Virus record (IMG/VR): IMGVR_UViG_3300032087_001678
Location: 1 to 53,974 of that record
DNA: 53,974 nt
Strand: one strand, 5' to 3'
From: a virus
Taxonomy: Duplodnaviria > Caudoviricetes
The notes below the pieces were generated by a model. The model did no database searches and was not told the origin of the DNA. It saw only the letters and a list, made by a program, of their open reading frames with translations. Position 1 is the stretch's first letter, and each line of letters opens with the position of its first letter. Both the position numbers and the translations under genes were made by a program. Shown piece by piece: positions 28,028-36,707 of this stretch.

Positions 28028-28087
28028 ATCTTTTTTAAATGTCAAGACTGTTTTTAATTTTTCTTTTTGGTAATATGGAAAGTTCCG

Positions 28088-28264
28088 ATGTTAGTTAAAG
28101 AAGCAATAATCAAAGTAGCCAGAGAGCTCAAAAACAAAGAAGAGAAAACATATCAAGATCCAAATCTATTGGAAGGATATCCACAAGATCTTAATCAAGA
28201 CGACATCAAAAAAGCTATGCTTGCTATAGCTGCTGTATCAGAAACAATAGTTAATCTATATTAG
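28088..28264 (+). CDS. hypothetical protein
   Basis: ATG at 28088 downstream of TGG-TAATAT. Confidence 0.5.
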   Translation: MLVKEAIIKVARELKNKEEKTYQDPNLLEGYPQDLNQDDIKKAMLAIAAVSETIVNLY

Positions 28265-28453
28265 ATCTATTTCCCTGTAGGCATCTTCAAAATTGTTCCC
28301 TAACTTGGACCATTCAAGATCCCCATCAAGTTTATAAATCCAGCCACTAACTTTATGTTTTTTACCGTATGGGTTTTTAGGGACCCATCTTAAACTTACC
28401 CTATCAAAACCTCTTTCCTTAAATCTAAGTATCAGTTCTGCCTTTTTGCTCAT
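28256..28453 (-). CDS. hypothetical protein
   Basis: Last ORF of a coupled minus-strand chain. Confidence 0.6.
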   Translation of the reverse strand: MSKKAELILRFKERGFDRVSLRWVPKNPYGKKHKVSGWIYKLDGDLEWSKLGNNFEDAYREIDLI

Positions 28454-28589
28454 AATAATCTTCCCAATATTCCTCGAATATTTTTCTAAATTGTTTAAGG
28501 GTGGGGATAGTGACTTTTGAAGCAGACTTTAATTTAGAAACATAATCTCTATATGCTTGAACTAACTGTTTCTCTGTATATAAAACCAT
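28425..28589 (-). CDS. 54-aa hypothetical protein (not in ORF track)
   Basis: MVLYTEKQLVQAYRDY...PTLKQFRKIFEEYW; fills the gap between neighbouring ORFs. Confidence 0.65.
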   Translation of the reverse strand: MVLYTEKQLVQAYRDYVSKLKSASKVTIPTLKQFRKIFEEYWEDYYEQKGRTDT

Positions 28590-28592
28590 TCA

Positions 28593-28769
28593 TCAATGTA
28601 GCGTCACTCTGTCATTACTATCATAAACGAAAACTTCATTTAATTCACCTATGACATCAATACCTATACGGTGCAAAGCATCTTCTGCCTCTTCAGAGTC
28701 TGGTGCTATGATGATGAATTGTTGAGGCTCTAGCTGGTCTTTGACTAACTCGCCATAGAAGATCTTCAT
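28593..28769 (-). CDS. 58-aa acidic hypothetical protein (not in ORF track)
   Basis: MKIFYGELVKDQLEP...DRVTLH; ATGA overlap with 28766..29110. Confidence 0.65.
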   Translation of the reverse strand: MKIFYGELVKDQLEPQQFIIIAPDSEEAEDALHRIGIDVIGELNEVFVYDSNDRVTLH

Positions 28770-29110
28770 TTCTTTGGAGGAGATTTTTTACTTCCCCCCG
28801 AACCTGACCAGAGCTTCTTCCTAGCCCAGTAGTTCGCAGAGAATTTATCATTCTTAGTAAGCCCCCCTGATTTGTTTTTGATTCCAGCGGATCGTGCAAG
28901 ATAAGACTTCCTAGCTTTACTAGAATAATTATGCCCATAATCTTTATGCCCAAATCTGACAACTTTAATTTCATTACCTTTCTTAGCTAGCACTTCCATT
29001 TTGTGCTTGCTTGATCCTGTATTTCTTCTTGGTTTATTAAATCCTGGATACTTCTTGCCACGATACATAACGCCACCAGAGACTCTTTTTGTGTCTTTAA
29101 CTGTTGCCAT
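28766..29110 (-). CDS. Lys-rich basic protein
   Basis: YPGFNKP, VRFG, RKSYLAR and SANYWARKKLW motifs, seen in aquatic phage basic proteins. Confidence 0.75.
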   Translation of the reverse strand: MATVKDTKRVSGGVMYRGKKYPGFNKPRRNTGSSKHKMEVLAKKGNEIKVVRFGHKDYGHNYSSKARKSYLARSAGIKNKSGGLTKNDKFSANYWARKKLWSGSGGSKKSPPKK

Positions 29111-29352
29111 TACTTCCTCCTATACCTTGCGGTTTTTCTTGCAATCTTTTTAGGTTGTTTAACGAATTGTTTACCAGCTTTATTACCTTTAGCTTTAGCT
29201 CTATTGGTAGCTGCTTTCTCTGCCTTTGTTAAGGCTTTCCATGCTTTATCTGGTAAGTATCTCTTTTTTCCCCGACTAGGCTTGCCGTCAGAAGTTCTCC
29301 ACTTTTGCTTGCCCCACATTTTAAGGGATTTTTGAGATTTTTTTAATGCCAT
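29110..29352 (-). CDS. Lys-rich basic protein (DUF5872-like)
   Basis: QKSLK.W.KQKW and RYLP.KAW motifs. Confidence 0.7.
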   Translation of the reverse strand: MALKKSQKSLKMWGKQKWRTSDGKPSRGKKRYLPDKAWKALTKAEKAATNRAKAKGNKAGKQFVKQPKKIARKTARYRRK

Positions 29353-29370
29353 TATTTAAAATACTTATAC

Positions 29371-29577
29371 TTATTTATAATTTTTATTAATGTTTCTTGG
29401 TTTTCTTCTGCGTCTTACTTTTTTAACAGGTTTTGCTGGTTTACCTTCTTTGACCCAAAATAACTTTGCTACTTTCCAACCGTCTTTGAGCCAATTCCAA
29501 AATCCTACAACGCATTTTTTAAGCCAGTTCCAAAAACCAAGCCACCATTTTTTTAATTGATCTATACCGAAATACAT
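29371..29577 (-). CDS. Trp-rich cationic amphipathic peptide
   Basis: GFWNWLK repeated at 11-aa spacing; poly-basic tail. Confidence 0.65.
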   Translation of the reverse strand: MYFGIDQLKKWWLGFWNWLKKCVVGFWNWLKDGWKVAKLFWVKEGKPAKPVKKVRRRRKPRNINKNYK

Positions 29578-29777
29578 TATCTATATCCTCCGCCAGCTTT
29601 TTTATAGGCTACTGCTAGCATTTGTGCCTTTCTTGCAGACCATTGACCTGCTCTACCACCTTTTGTGCCTGCTTTAATTTGATTAAACAAGCGTTTACGC
29701 ATAGCTGGTTTAGTATAATTACCTGCTGCATTTACTGTGGACTTTTTCTTTGTGGTCTTTTTACTTTTTCTTACCAC
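29577..29777 (-). CDS. Lys-rich basic protein
   Basis: GTG at 29777; AGNYTKP, GQWSARKAQ and YKKAGGGY motifs. Confidence 0.75.
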   Translation of the reverse strand: MVRKSKKTTKKKSTVNAAGNYTKPAMRKRLFNQIKAGTKGGRAGQWSARKAQMLAVAYKKAGGGYR

Positions 29778-29880
29778 TTTTTTTCCTGAGTCTTTTAAAG
29801 TCAGCACCTGTAATTTTATTTCTAGGCGGTGCGACTCTAGCTAGTTTCTTTTGTTTTGGTGAATACTTTTTAAATGGCAT
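29761..29880 (-). CDS. 39-aa basic peptide (not in ORF track)
   Basis: MPFKKYSPKQKKLARVAPPRNKITGADFKRLRKKSGKKK; TAATG coupling. Confidence 0.75.
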   Translation of the reverse strand: MPFKKYSPKQKKLARVAPPRNKITGADFKRLRKKSGKKK

Positions 29881-29954
29881 TACTTCTTCTTCCCCTTTTT
29901 AGCTTTCTTTTTTTTAGGCTTTCCATAACCCATACCTTTTTTACCATAACCCAT
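29880..29954 (-). CDS. 24-aa basic peptide (not in ORF track)
   Basis: MGYGKKGMGYGKPKKKKAKKGKKK; TAATG coupled on both sides. Confidence 0.7.
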   Translation of the reverse strand: MGYGKKGMGYGKPKKKKAKKGKKK

Positions 29955-30139
29955 TATTTTTTCCTCCAAGATTTTTTAGCTTTAGCCTTTGCCTTTTGAG
30001 ATAGATCTCCATAATGGAATAACTTAACGCTAGATGCTGAATGCCTTACACCAGAGTGTAAAGATCCGTCTGGCATTTTATGGTATCCGCCTTTATGTAA
30101 AGTTCCATCCTTTTTGTAGTGGTTCACGCCTTTTGCCAT
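29954..30139 (-). CDS. His/Lys-rich basic protein
   Basis: HYKKDG..HKG..HKMPDGSLHSG..H motif. Confidence 0.75.
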   Translation of the reverse strand: MAKGVNHYKKDGTLHKGGYHKMPDGSLHSGVRHSASSVKLFHYGDLSQKAKAKAKKSWRKK

Positions 30140-30431
30140 TTTTATCCTTAAATATTCTAACTACTCTATGATAAACCATGTCTTTCATGCCTTTCATAGT
30201 TTTATTATGTTCTGGTAATTCCTCCCATGCCTTTTTTCTTTCTTCCCGAGTTGGCAAGCTAGCAATGGTTTGTGGGATTCCCATCTGCATAGATAGAAGA
30301 TACACTAAATCAAACCATTTTTCATCTATGTCTGATATGTACTCTAGGCGTTCTTTATGAGACTTTAACAAGCCAATATTGTAGGCGTAGGCAAGAGCAT
30401 CAACCTGACCAGATTTGTCAGTGTGTTTCAT
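30093..30431 (-). CDS. hypothetical protein
   Basis: ORF in a coupled chain. Confidence 0.6.
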   Translation of the reverse strand: MKHTDKSGQVDALAYAYNIGLLKSHKERLEYISDIDEKWFDLVYLLSMQMGIPQTIASLPTREERKKAWEELPEHNKTMKGMKDMVYHRVVRIFKDKNGKRREPLQKGWNFT

Positions 30432-30660
30432 GCATTCTTTGCTTTACCTTCTCAATTAATCTATTGAGATACCATTGAGCTTTGTAAAGATCTTCAAGCT
30501 CATTTTTATGCTTGGCATGGTATCGCCATAAATACTTAATAGAGTTGCACTGTGATACAACCTCTTTTGAATTTGGATTAAGGGACGCAACTGTCTCTAG
30601 TGCGTCAATGCATTCTATTTCACCCGCTTTGTAGTGATCTGGATTTATATTATCTTTCAT
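30418..30660 (-). CDS. DUF3310 family protein
   Basis: INPDHY..GEIECIDA, IKYLWR and EDLYKAQWYL motifs. Confidence 0.88.
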   Translation of the reverse strand: MKDNINPDHYKAGEIECIDALETVASLNPNSKEVVSQCNSIKYLWRYHAKHKNELEDLYKAQWYLNRLIEKVKQRMHETH

Positions 30661-30950
30661 ATTAATTCTTTAACCTTCTGCAATAAACTTTCTTCTGTTC
30701 CGTAGCGTTCTTCAAACTCATGTTTAAAAGGATGCCTAGAAACATAAAACTCGCTATTTACACCTTCTCTATGATGTCTAAAACATAGAGGTATTGTTTT
30801 TAAATGTGCGTCTGGCTTAGTCTTACCGTCTATGTGATGAACTTCAGCTGGACTATCACAATCATAGTGAACTCTACATACTATGCAGCCTAGCTGCACG
30901 ATTGAGTTCATCCATAGTTTTTCCTGTTTGTTTGGGTTTCTGCCTTTCAT
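30657..30950 (-). CDS. Ref-like HNH recombination nuclease
   Basis: GCIVC, AEVHH, IPLCFRHHR and FEERYGTE motifs. Confidence 0.82.
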   Translation of the reverse strand: MKGRNPNKQEKLWMNSIVQLGCIVCRVHYDCDSPAEVHHIDGKTKPDAHLKTIPLCFRHHREGVNSEFYVSRHPFKHEFEERYGTEESLLQKVKELI

Positions 30951-31095
30951 ATTCGTTATATAAAAAGTTTAAATTACTTAAAACATATTCATTATAAGGC
31001 TTTCCAAACTCTGTGTAATTACTATTTCTTGGTCTGCTATACATATGCTCTTGATGCATACGACTACAAAAGTCTTCAAAAGTTTCACGCTCCAT
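30874..31095 (-). CDS. hypothetical protein
   Basis: ORF overlapping both neighbours. Confidence 0.5.
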   Translation of the reverse strand: MERETFEDFCSRMHQEHMYSRPRNSNYTEFGKPYNEYVLSNLNFLYNEYERQKPKQTGKTMDELNRAARLHSM

Positions 31096-31420
31096 ATCTA
31101 CTCCTCTCTAATCTATAGTTGGCTTGTTTAGTTCTCCATTCCTCGAACTGCATATCTACAGCAGCTTTCTCTGTCTGTAATGCGTCAAGTCTGGCTTTTG
31201 CCTTAGCTACTAACAATGATGCTTCGTAGTAAGGGTCTGATGCTTCAGCCTTGGATTTCTGGGCATTGTAGCTACGCTCCCCATCTTCCTTAGCTTTACA
31301 TAGCTCGATCCAGAATACTCTTTTGAGATTTACTTCTGACTTAAGTACATCAACCCTAGCCTCTGATATGTTAGGTATGATGTCTCTTAACTGTTGATGA
31401 AAGTTTTCAGATTGGTCCAT
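31085..31420 (-). CDS. helical hypothetical protein
   Basis: Downstream of dnaB; C-terminal WRTKQAN.R motif common in phages. Confidence 0.6.
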   Translation of the reverse strand: MDQSENFHQQLRDIIPNISEARVDVLKSEVNLKRVFWIELCKAKEDGERSYNAQKSKAEASDPYYEASLLVAKAKARLDALQTEKAAVDMQFEEWRTKQANYRLERSRYGA

Positions 31421-32726
31421 ATTCTGTCCTCTGTTTTTTTCTTTCCCCGAAAGCCACCTCCTCAGGATCTAAAAACTTTGATCTAGCTCCGTCAAAAGCC
31501 AGTTCAAATTCTCCAGTTTCACCTAGACGGTTCTTTCTGATTATTACTTCGGCAAGGCTAGTATCTAATGAATCATAATATTCTTGCCTATATAACATTA
31601 TAACCATATCAGCATCCTGTTCTATAGATCCTGAATCCCTAAGATCTGAAAGGACTGGTCGCTTATCCGTTCTCGCCTCCACACCCCGATTTAATTGAGA
31701 CAACGAGATTAACGGACAGCCTACATCTTTAGCCAGCCCCTTCAGAAGATTGGAAATATAGGTCATAGATGCCGCCCTACTGTCTGAATTGCTTGGTGCT
31801 TTATTTGAAGTCATAAGCAACTGTAAGTAGTCGACAACAATTAGATCTATATTTTTAATTGCTTGTATCGCTTTGGTTTTATTTATTAAAGTTTCTATTG
31901 TTATAGGTGACTTATCGTAAACATATAAATTAGTCTCTGAAAGTCTTTGTTCTATAGTATTAAACTTATCCCATTGATCTGCGGTTAGATTTCCTGTTAA
32001 TAGCTTATCCATACCTAAATCAGACTCAGAGCTAATGATCTTTTTAATCAATTGTTCGTTAGTCATTTCTAGAGAAAAAACTAAAACAGTCTTACCAGCA
32101 AGAATATTATTCGTGGCTATGTTTAATGCCCATGTGGTTTTACCCATCCCTGGTCTTCCAGCAACAATAATTAGATCACCATCTTTGAAACCTTTTATTC
32201 TTTGATCTATATTTTGGAATCCTGTTTTAATTAGACTCTGTGATAAAAGATCTGTATTCTTAAGTTCATCTTTTACTTTTTGTAAAACATCCTTAACCTC
32301 TACTGGTGATCCTGTATTTTTTGTGACTTTATTGTTGATAATTAATTGATTGACTTGATCAACCTTTTTATCAATAGGATCATCTGTCTTAACAATGTCT
32401 GGTATTTCTGCTGCAAGTCTTAAGAGTTTATTGTTTGCAGTCTTTTCATGCATGGCTTTAATCCAATGAGCAAATCCTGCTGGACTAATACAATAACCTG
32501 CTGCTTCTCTTATTTCATTGAAAGTAAAATCATCTTCTATTTTGTTTCTTATGGTGACTATGTCAGAGGCTTGTGTATCTAACATAACCTCATAAGCTTT
32601 TCTGTAAGAATAAGTTTCAAAGTCTTCTGGGAGCAAGCCTTCATCTTGAGCTTTCTTAAATCTTTTATGATCAAGTATCATGGCTCCTAAAAGATTAGCT
32701 TCTAATTCATATATTTCTTTATCCAT
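31407..32726 (-). CDS. dnaB: replicative DNA helicase DnaB
   Basis: GRPGMGKT, FSLEM, VVDYLQL, LSQLNR, DLRDSGSIEQDAD and KNR.G motifs; ATG 32726 with GAGG RBS. Confidence 0.96.
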   Translation of the reverse strand: MDKEIYELEANLLGAMILDHKRFKKAQDEGLLPEDFETYSYRKAYEVMLDTQASDIVTIRNKIEDDFTFNEIREAAGYCISPAGFAHWIKAMHEKTANNKLLRLAAEIPDIVKTDDPIDKKVDQVNQLIINNKVTKNTGSPVEVKDVLQKVKDELKNTDLLSQSLIKTGFQNIDQRIKGFKDGDLIIVAGRPGMGKTTWALNIATNNILAGKTVLVFSLEMTNEQLIKKIISSESDLGMDKLLTGNLTADQWDKFNTIEQRLSETNLYVYDKSPITIETLINKTKAIQAIKNIDLIVVDYLQLLMTSNKAPSNSDSRAASMTYISNLLKGLAKDVGCPLISLSQLNRGVEARTDKRPVLSDLRDSGSIEQDADMVIMLYRQEYYDSLDTSLAEVIIRKNRLGETGEFELAFDGARSKFLDPEEVAFGERKKQRTEYGPI

Positions 32727-33357
32727 GTCTCCTCTCAATGATTGCGTCAAATTGATTAATACCTAACATTGTTCCAAGTGTAGGTCTGCCATCCCAAAAA
32801 GACCTTATCCATTTCTTATGACCTTCAGAGTTTGCTATATCAAAATAGGCTTCCCAAAACTCTTTTGATGTGAAATCTATTTTTTTCCCCGTTTTCGGCG
32901 AGATATAACCTTTTTTAGATTTAGCTATTTCTTTTAATTTTTTATATGGCGTAGTGTATTTGTGTGCATTGCTGGTATGAGCATAAAATGATTGATCGCA
33001 TTTCTTTTTATAAATCTCATTAATCAAATCTATATCTAATATAAATTCATCTTTAGTATAAGCTTTAGTATTGTAGCCACCTGCCGACCCCCCATAGCCG
33101 TCTGCCGACCCCCCTAATATTTTGTAATAATTGCTTGTGTTTTTTCTTTGCTCCCACTCTATATAACCCATGTCTCTTAACTTTTTAAGATTATCTTTAA
33201 TAGCTGTGAGGGAAAGACCAGTAAGCTCAGTTAACTTTTTATGGGAGGGATAAGAACAACCAAACTCATCTGAATAGTTAGCAAGAACAATAAGCAATAA
33301 TTTTTGTGTTGAATTTACTTCAACCCGCAGAACTTTTGTTATGTATTCAAGTGACAT
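32719..33357 (-). CDS. replication initiator (N-terminal winged HTH, lambda O-like)
   Basis: KLLLIVLANYSD..G.SYPS..L...TGLS motif; directly upstream of dnaB. Confidence 0.8.
   Translation of the reverse strand: MSLEYITKVLRVEVNSTQKLLLIVLANYSDEFGCSYPSHKKLTELTGLSLTAIKDNLKKLRDMGYIEWEQRKNTSNYYKILGGSADGYGGSAGGYNTKAYTKDEFILDIDLINEIYKKKCDQSFYAHTSNAHKYTTPYKKLKEIAKSKKGYISPKTGKKIDFTSKEFWEAYFDIANSEGHKKWIRSFWDGRPTLGTMLGINQFDAIIERRHG
33074..33115. repeat. two tandem 21-bp GC-rich direct repeats (iteron-like)
   Basis: TAGCCACCTGCCGACCCCCCA and TAGCCGTCTGCCGACCCCCCT. Confidence 0.8.
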
Positions 33358-33455
33358 TTATTTCCCTCACTTGCGTATATTAACTTCAAATAATAATTAT
33401 TGTAAAGTATTGTTTTAAAATAATAAAAAGATTACAATTCATGCAGGAGGTTTTT

Positions 33456-34076
33456 ATGAGTAATCTAAAAATATATGAAGCACTTAGAAATGTGCAAAAC
33501 TATATGTATCAAAACCCAATTGCTAAAGAGGGAGTTAATACATTTCAAAAATATAAATACAGAGGTATAGATCAAATCATCCAGGCTTTTTCTAAACCTT
33601 TGCACGACAATAATATATTAACTGTGGTCCAACCAGATCTAAAAGTATCCACAAAGTTTTTAGAAGACGGCAGATCAACACTTACTAGAGTTGTTGGCAC
33701 CTTAAGATTTATTTCTACTGAGGATGGGTCTTATGTTGATAGATCTTATGTGGGTCATAGCAAATCACAACAGGGAAAAGATTTAGAGTCTGCTAGATCT
33801 TTTGCTTATCGTAATTCATTGCTTGAAACATTTTGCGTTCCTTTTGAGGGAGTGGTGGAGCCTGAACTTGAGGGCATTGATAAAGATGCACCAGCTGAGA
33901 ATGGATCTGAAGAAGTTTCAATAATTGATGACTTCAAGAAAGACTTAGCTCAATGCCAAGATGTAGCTTCTGCAAAAGAAGTTTATCTTAATTATAAAAA
34001 AGTAGCTGATTTATCTGGTGATGAAGAAATACAAAAAAAATTAATTCTTGAATATACAAAGGCATTTCCAAAATGA
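33456..34076 (+). CDS. ERF-family single-strand annealing protein
   Basis: K.G.N.FQKYKYRGID and SARSFAYRNSL..FCVP motifs; GGAGG RBS before ATG 33456. Confidence 0.82.
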   Translation: MSNLKIYEALRNVQNYMYQNPIAKEGVNTFQKYKYRGIDQIIQAFSKPLHDNNILTVVQPDLKVSTKFLEDGRSTLTRVVGTLRFISTEDGSYVDRSYVGHSKSQQGKDLESARSFAYRNSLLETFCVPFEGVVEPELEGIDKDAPAENGSEEVSIIDDFKKDLAQCQDVASAKEVYLNYKKVADLSGDEEIQKKLILEYTKAFPK

Positions 34077-35011
34077 TTAAGCAAGGAACACCTGAATGGC
34101 ACGATCAGAGAAAAAATAGAATAACAGGTACTAGGCTTCCTAGAGCTGTTAGAGAGTGTGCTTGGGCAAAAGGAGATCAGTGGCAAGCTTTGGGCAGAGA
34201 TATGTATAGAGAGGCTCACAATTTACCACAGGACCCTTTTGATCAAAGAGCTATGTTTGCCATAACTTATGGTAAAGATCACGAACCAATTGCTTTACAA
34301 CAATTAAAAGAAATGGGTTATAAAATAACTCAGCCTTCTTTTGTGGTCCATCCTGAACACAGTTGGTTGGGTATGTCACCTGATGGCGTTATTGTTTCTG
34401 GTAGAAACGGTAAAGTCTCAGCAGTAGAGATTAAGTGTCCACAAACCAAACCAGTACAAAATGTCAAAGAACAAAAAAGAAACTATTGGCATCAAATGCA
34501 ACTAGGCATGGCGTGTATGGATATAGATGAGATGTTGTTTTTTCAGTGGTATGAGAATGCACACTACCAAGAATGGGTTGAAAGAGATCCAAGATGGGCT
34601 GAGGTTTATATACCTAAAGCTAAAGAGTTTATGGATTGGTATGCAGAAGCATCCAAAGATCCTAAAAATATCGCATCTTGGTCTGAAGACAAAGAAGAAC
34701 CTGGAGTCAATTATAAATCTGTAGATGAAGATGATCAGACATCTCAACTTGCAGATATATTAACCGAACTAAATGAGCTTAATGAAAGGAAAGCCTTGCT
34801 TGATAAAAGGAAGAAAGAACTTTCAGCCGAAGCTGTTAAAAAGCACGGAGGAGCATTTAGTACCTCAAGAGTGAAATGTCATATGACACAAGCTAGAGGT
34901 CGTATTAACTACGCCAGACTGGTAAAGGATCAAAATATTCCTTATGACATTATGGAAGGCTATAGGTCAGAAGGTGATACTAGAATCTATACCAAATTAC
35001 TGGAGGACTAG
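34073..35011 (+). CDS. YqaJ/lambda-exo-like exonuclease
   Basis: QGTPEW..R..RITG, G..HEP, SPDG, EIKCP and QMQ motifs. Confidence 0.92.
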   Translation: MIKQGTPEWHDQRKNRITGTRLPRAVRECAWAKGDQWQALGRDMYREAHNLPQDPFDQRAMFAITYGKDHEPIALQQLKEMGYKITQPSFVVHPEHSWLGMSPDGVIVSGRNGKVSAVEIKCPQTKPVQNVKEQKRNYWHQMQLGMACMDIDEMLFFQWYENAHYQEWVERDPRWAEVYIPKAKEFMDWYAEASKDPKNIASWSEDKEEPGVNYKSVDEDDQTSQLADILTELNELNERKALLDKRKKELSAEAVKKHGGAFSTSRVKCHMTQARGRINYARLVKDQNIPYDIMEGYRSEGDTRIYTKLLED

Positions 35012-35015
35012 AAAA

Positions 35016-35183
35016 ATGATATTAGAAAAATCTAATGCTAAAAAATCAATTAGTTCAAGAATCGACAAATCTACTTACGACAAACTTGTAAAAGTTAGTA
35101 AGGTCAAAGGACATAGATTTTTTGATCGTAAGGTTGCTTACATGGTAAATAAGATTCTAGAAGACTGGGCTAATAAGGAGTAA
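35016..35183 (+). CDS. small ribbon-helix-helix-like DNA-binding protein
   Basis: KSISSRIDKSTYDKL...R.VAYMVNKIL; GGAGG RBS. Confidence 0.55.
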   Translation: MILEKSNAKKSISSRIDKSTYDKLVKVSKVKGHRFFDRKVAYMVNKILEDWANKE

Positions 35184-35187
35184 AATA

Positions 35188-35442
35188 ATGGCTGAATTTG
35201 ATAATACAAATAGAGGATCTATTTGGAAAAATGTAAGGAAGGAGAAGGAAACTCATCCTGACTTTACTGGAAGTATAAATGTTGATGGCAAAGAGTTTTG
35301 GCTTAACGGTTGGTTAAGAAAACCAGGTGCTAAAGAAAAAGCTCCAGCTATGACATTTAGTGTAAACCCTAAAACTGGCGGCGGCGATGGTGGTTATGCC
35401 CCAGCCCCATCTCCAGTTGGTGAAGATGATATTCCATTTTAA
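35188..35442 (+). CDS. single-stranded DNA-binding protein (DUF736-like)
   Basis: HPDFTG.I.VDG.EFWL.GW motif and acidic DDIPF tail. Confidence 0.8.
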   Translation: MAEFDNTNRGSIWKNVRKEKETHPDFTGSINVDGKEFWLNGWLRKPGAKEKAPAMTFSVNPKTGGGDGGYAPAPSPVGEDDIPF

Positions 35443-35451
35443 GGAGCTAAT

Positions 35452-35775
35452 ATGGGAAAAATAGTAACGCCTGGTGGTGAAGAGGCTTTAAAAACTATCA
35501 CTTTAACTGTCGATGGAGAAGCTAGAGAATATGAAGTCGAAAGCCTATCCAAAGAAGCTGTAAATCGTTTGAATGTTTTAAACTTTCATTCAAATAGCAT
35601 TATGCCTTTATTAACAGAAGTCGTAAGGCTTATTCAATTGGGTAATCAGGTAGATCAAAGTCAACTGACTCAACATCTACCAGAGAAGTACACAGTTGTA
35701 CAACAAGCCGAAGATGCGGTAGAATCAGATACAAAGAATACTAATGAGGATGATTCTTCTAAAGAAGGCAAATGA
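35452..35775 (+). CDS. hypothetical protein
   Basis: AAGGAG RBS. Confidence 0.65.
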   Translation: MGKIVTPGGEEALKTITLTVDGEAREYEVESLSKEAVNRLNVLNFHSNSIMPLLTEVVRLIQLGNQVDQSQLTQHLPEKYTVVQQAEDAVESDTKNTNEDDSSKEGK

Positions 35776-36260
35776 ATGCAAACTTAGACAAGAGTCTCTC
35801 AGGTTCTGAGAGGCTCTCATCTGTTCTAGGGGAGGGCTCTCTCTCAGGGACACCTTGCAACGGTGGAGTCTGTTCCACTACTCTTGGGGACACTAGATGT
35901 AAAACTTGTGGAAGACATGAAGATGAAATCCGCCAGTGGCATCAGCTCCCAGAAATAAAAAGAAAAATAATTAATATCAGAAATGCCGCAGAAGGTTTTA
36001 AAATACGGCAGATCGCTTCGCAAGAAGAAAGATGGAGGGAATTACAAAAATTGAAAAGCATAGACAATCTAACTGTTGGCGATGCACTTAAAAGAGTTAT
36101 CCAAGTTGCAGTGTGCCAAGGTGAGATGTATAAACAAGATCACAAATGCATAGAGTTATTGAATAAGATTGCTACATCTGAGCATAAGTTTAACGACATA
36201 GCTATCAAGTCAATAATGTCTGAAAATGACTATTCAGAAATTAAACAGAAGTTCGAGTAG
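35772..36260 (+). CDS. DUF1289-domain Cys-cluster protein
   Basis: PCNGGVCST..GDTRCKTCGR..EIRQW motif. Confidence 0.75.
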   Translation: MNANLDKSLSGSERLSSVLGEGSLSGTPCNGGVCSTTLGDTRCKTCGRHEDEIRQWHQLPEIKRKIINIRNAAEGFKIRQIASQEERWRELQKLKSIDNLTVGDALKRVIQVAVCQGEMYKQDHKCIELLNKIATSEHKFNDIAIKSIMSENDYSEIKQKFE

Positions 36261-36687
36261 AGCATTTCAAAAAGATCTTCTAACTGGACAAGAGTTAGAA
36301 CAAAAGATCCTACAGACAATACGCAAAAAATATCCAACCGCTGTATTGGTCCCAGGTAAGTTTAAACCTTACGATATTTTCATTCCCGAAAAAGATCTCA
36401 AGATAGAAGTTAAAGTTGATTATAAAAGCCAAGAAACTGGCAACATTATTATTGAACTTCATATGTTTGATAAACCGTCAGCTTTGTTAACAACACAGGC
36501 AGATTACTGGATCATTCACACGGGGAGAGAAAATCTATGGATAGAACCCAAAAGAATATTAGAGTGTATTTTGTTAAATAACATTCATGTTAAAGACATA
36601 TTGGGCGATGGTGATGATCAAACCAAGAAAGCTTGTTTGATACCTATAAATCTATTCAAGCAATATATTATTGACAACAATGTGTAA
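36226..36687 (+). CDS. PD-(D/E)XK nuclease-like protein
   Basis: YDI...IEVK.D..SQETGNIIIE motif. Confidence 0.7.
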   Translation: MTIQKLNRSSSRAFQKDLLTGQELEQKILQTIRKKYPTAVLVPGKFKPYDIFIPEKDLKIEVKVDYKSQETGNIIIELHMFDKPSALLTTQADYWIIHTGRENLWIEPKRILECILLNNIHVKDILGDGDDQTKKACLIPINLFKQYIIDNNV

Positions 36688-36701
36688 TCTATGTTTATAA
36701 T
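36671..36701 (+). promoter_or_regulatory. candidate sigma70 promoter for the integrase-containing unit
   Basis: TTGACA-19 bp-TATAAT. Confidence 0.5.
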
Positions 36702-36707
36702 GTTTAC

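Noticed and set aside
28693-28974. 93-aa minus-strand ORF in the track
   Set aside because: Alternative frame overlapping the better-supported 28766..29110 and 28593..28769 genes.
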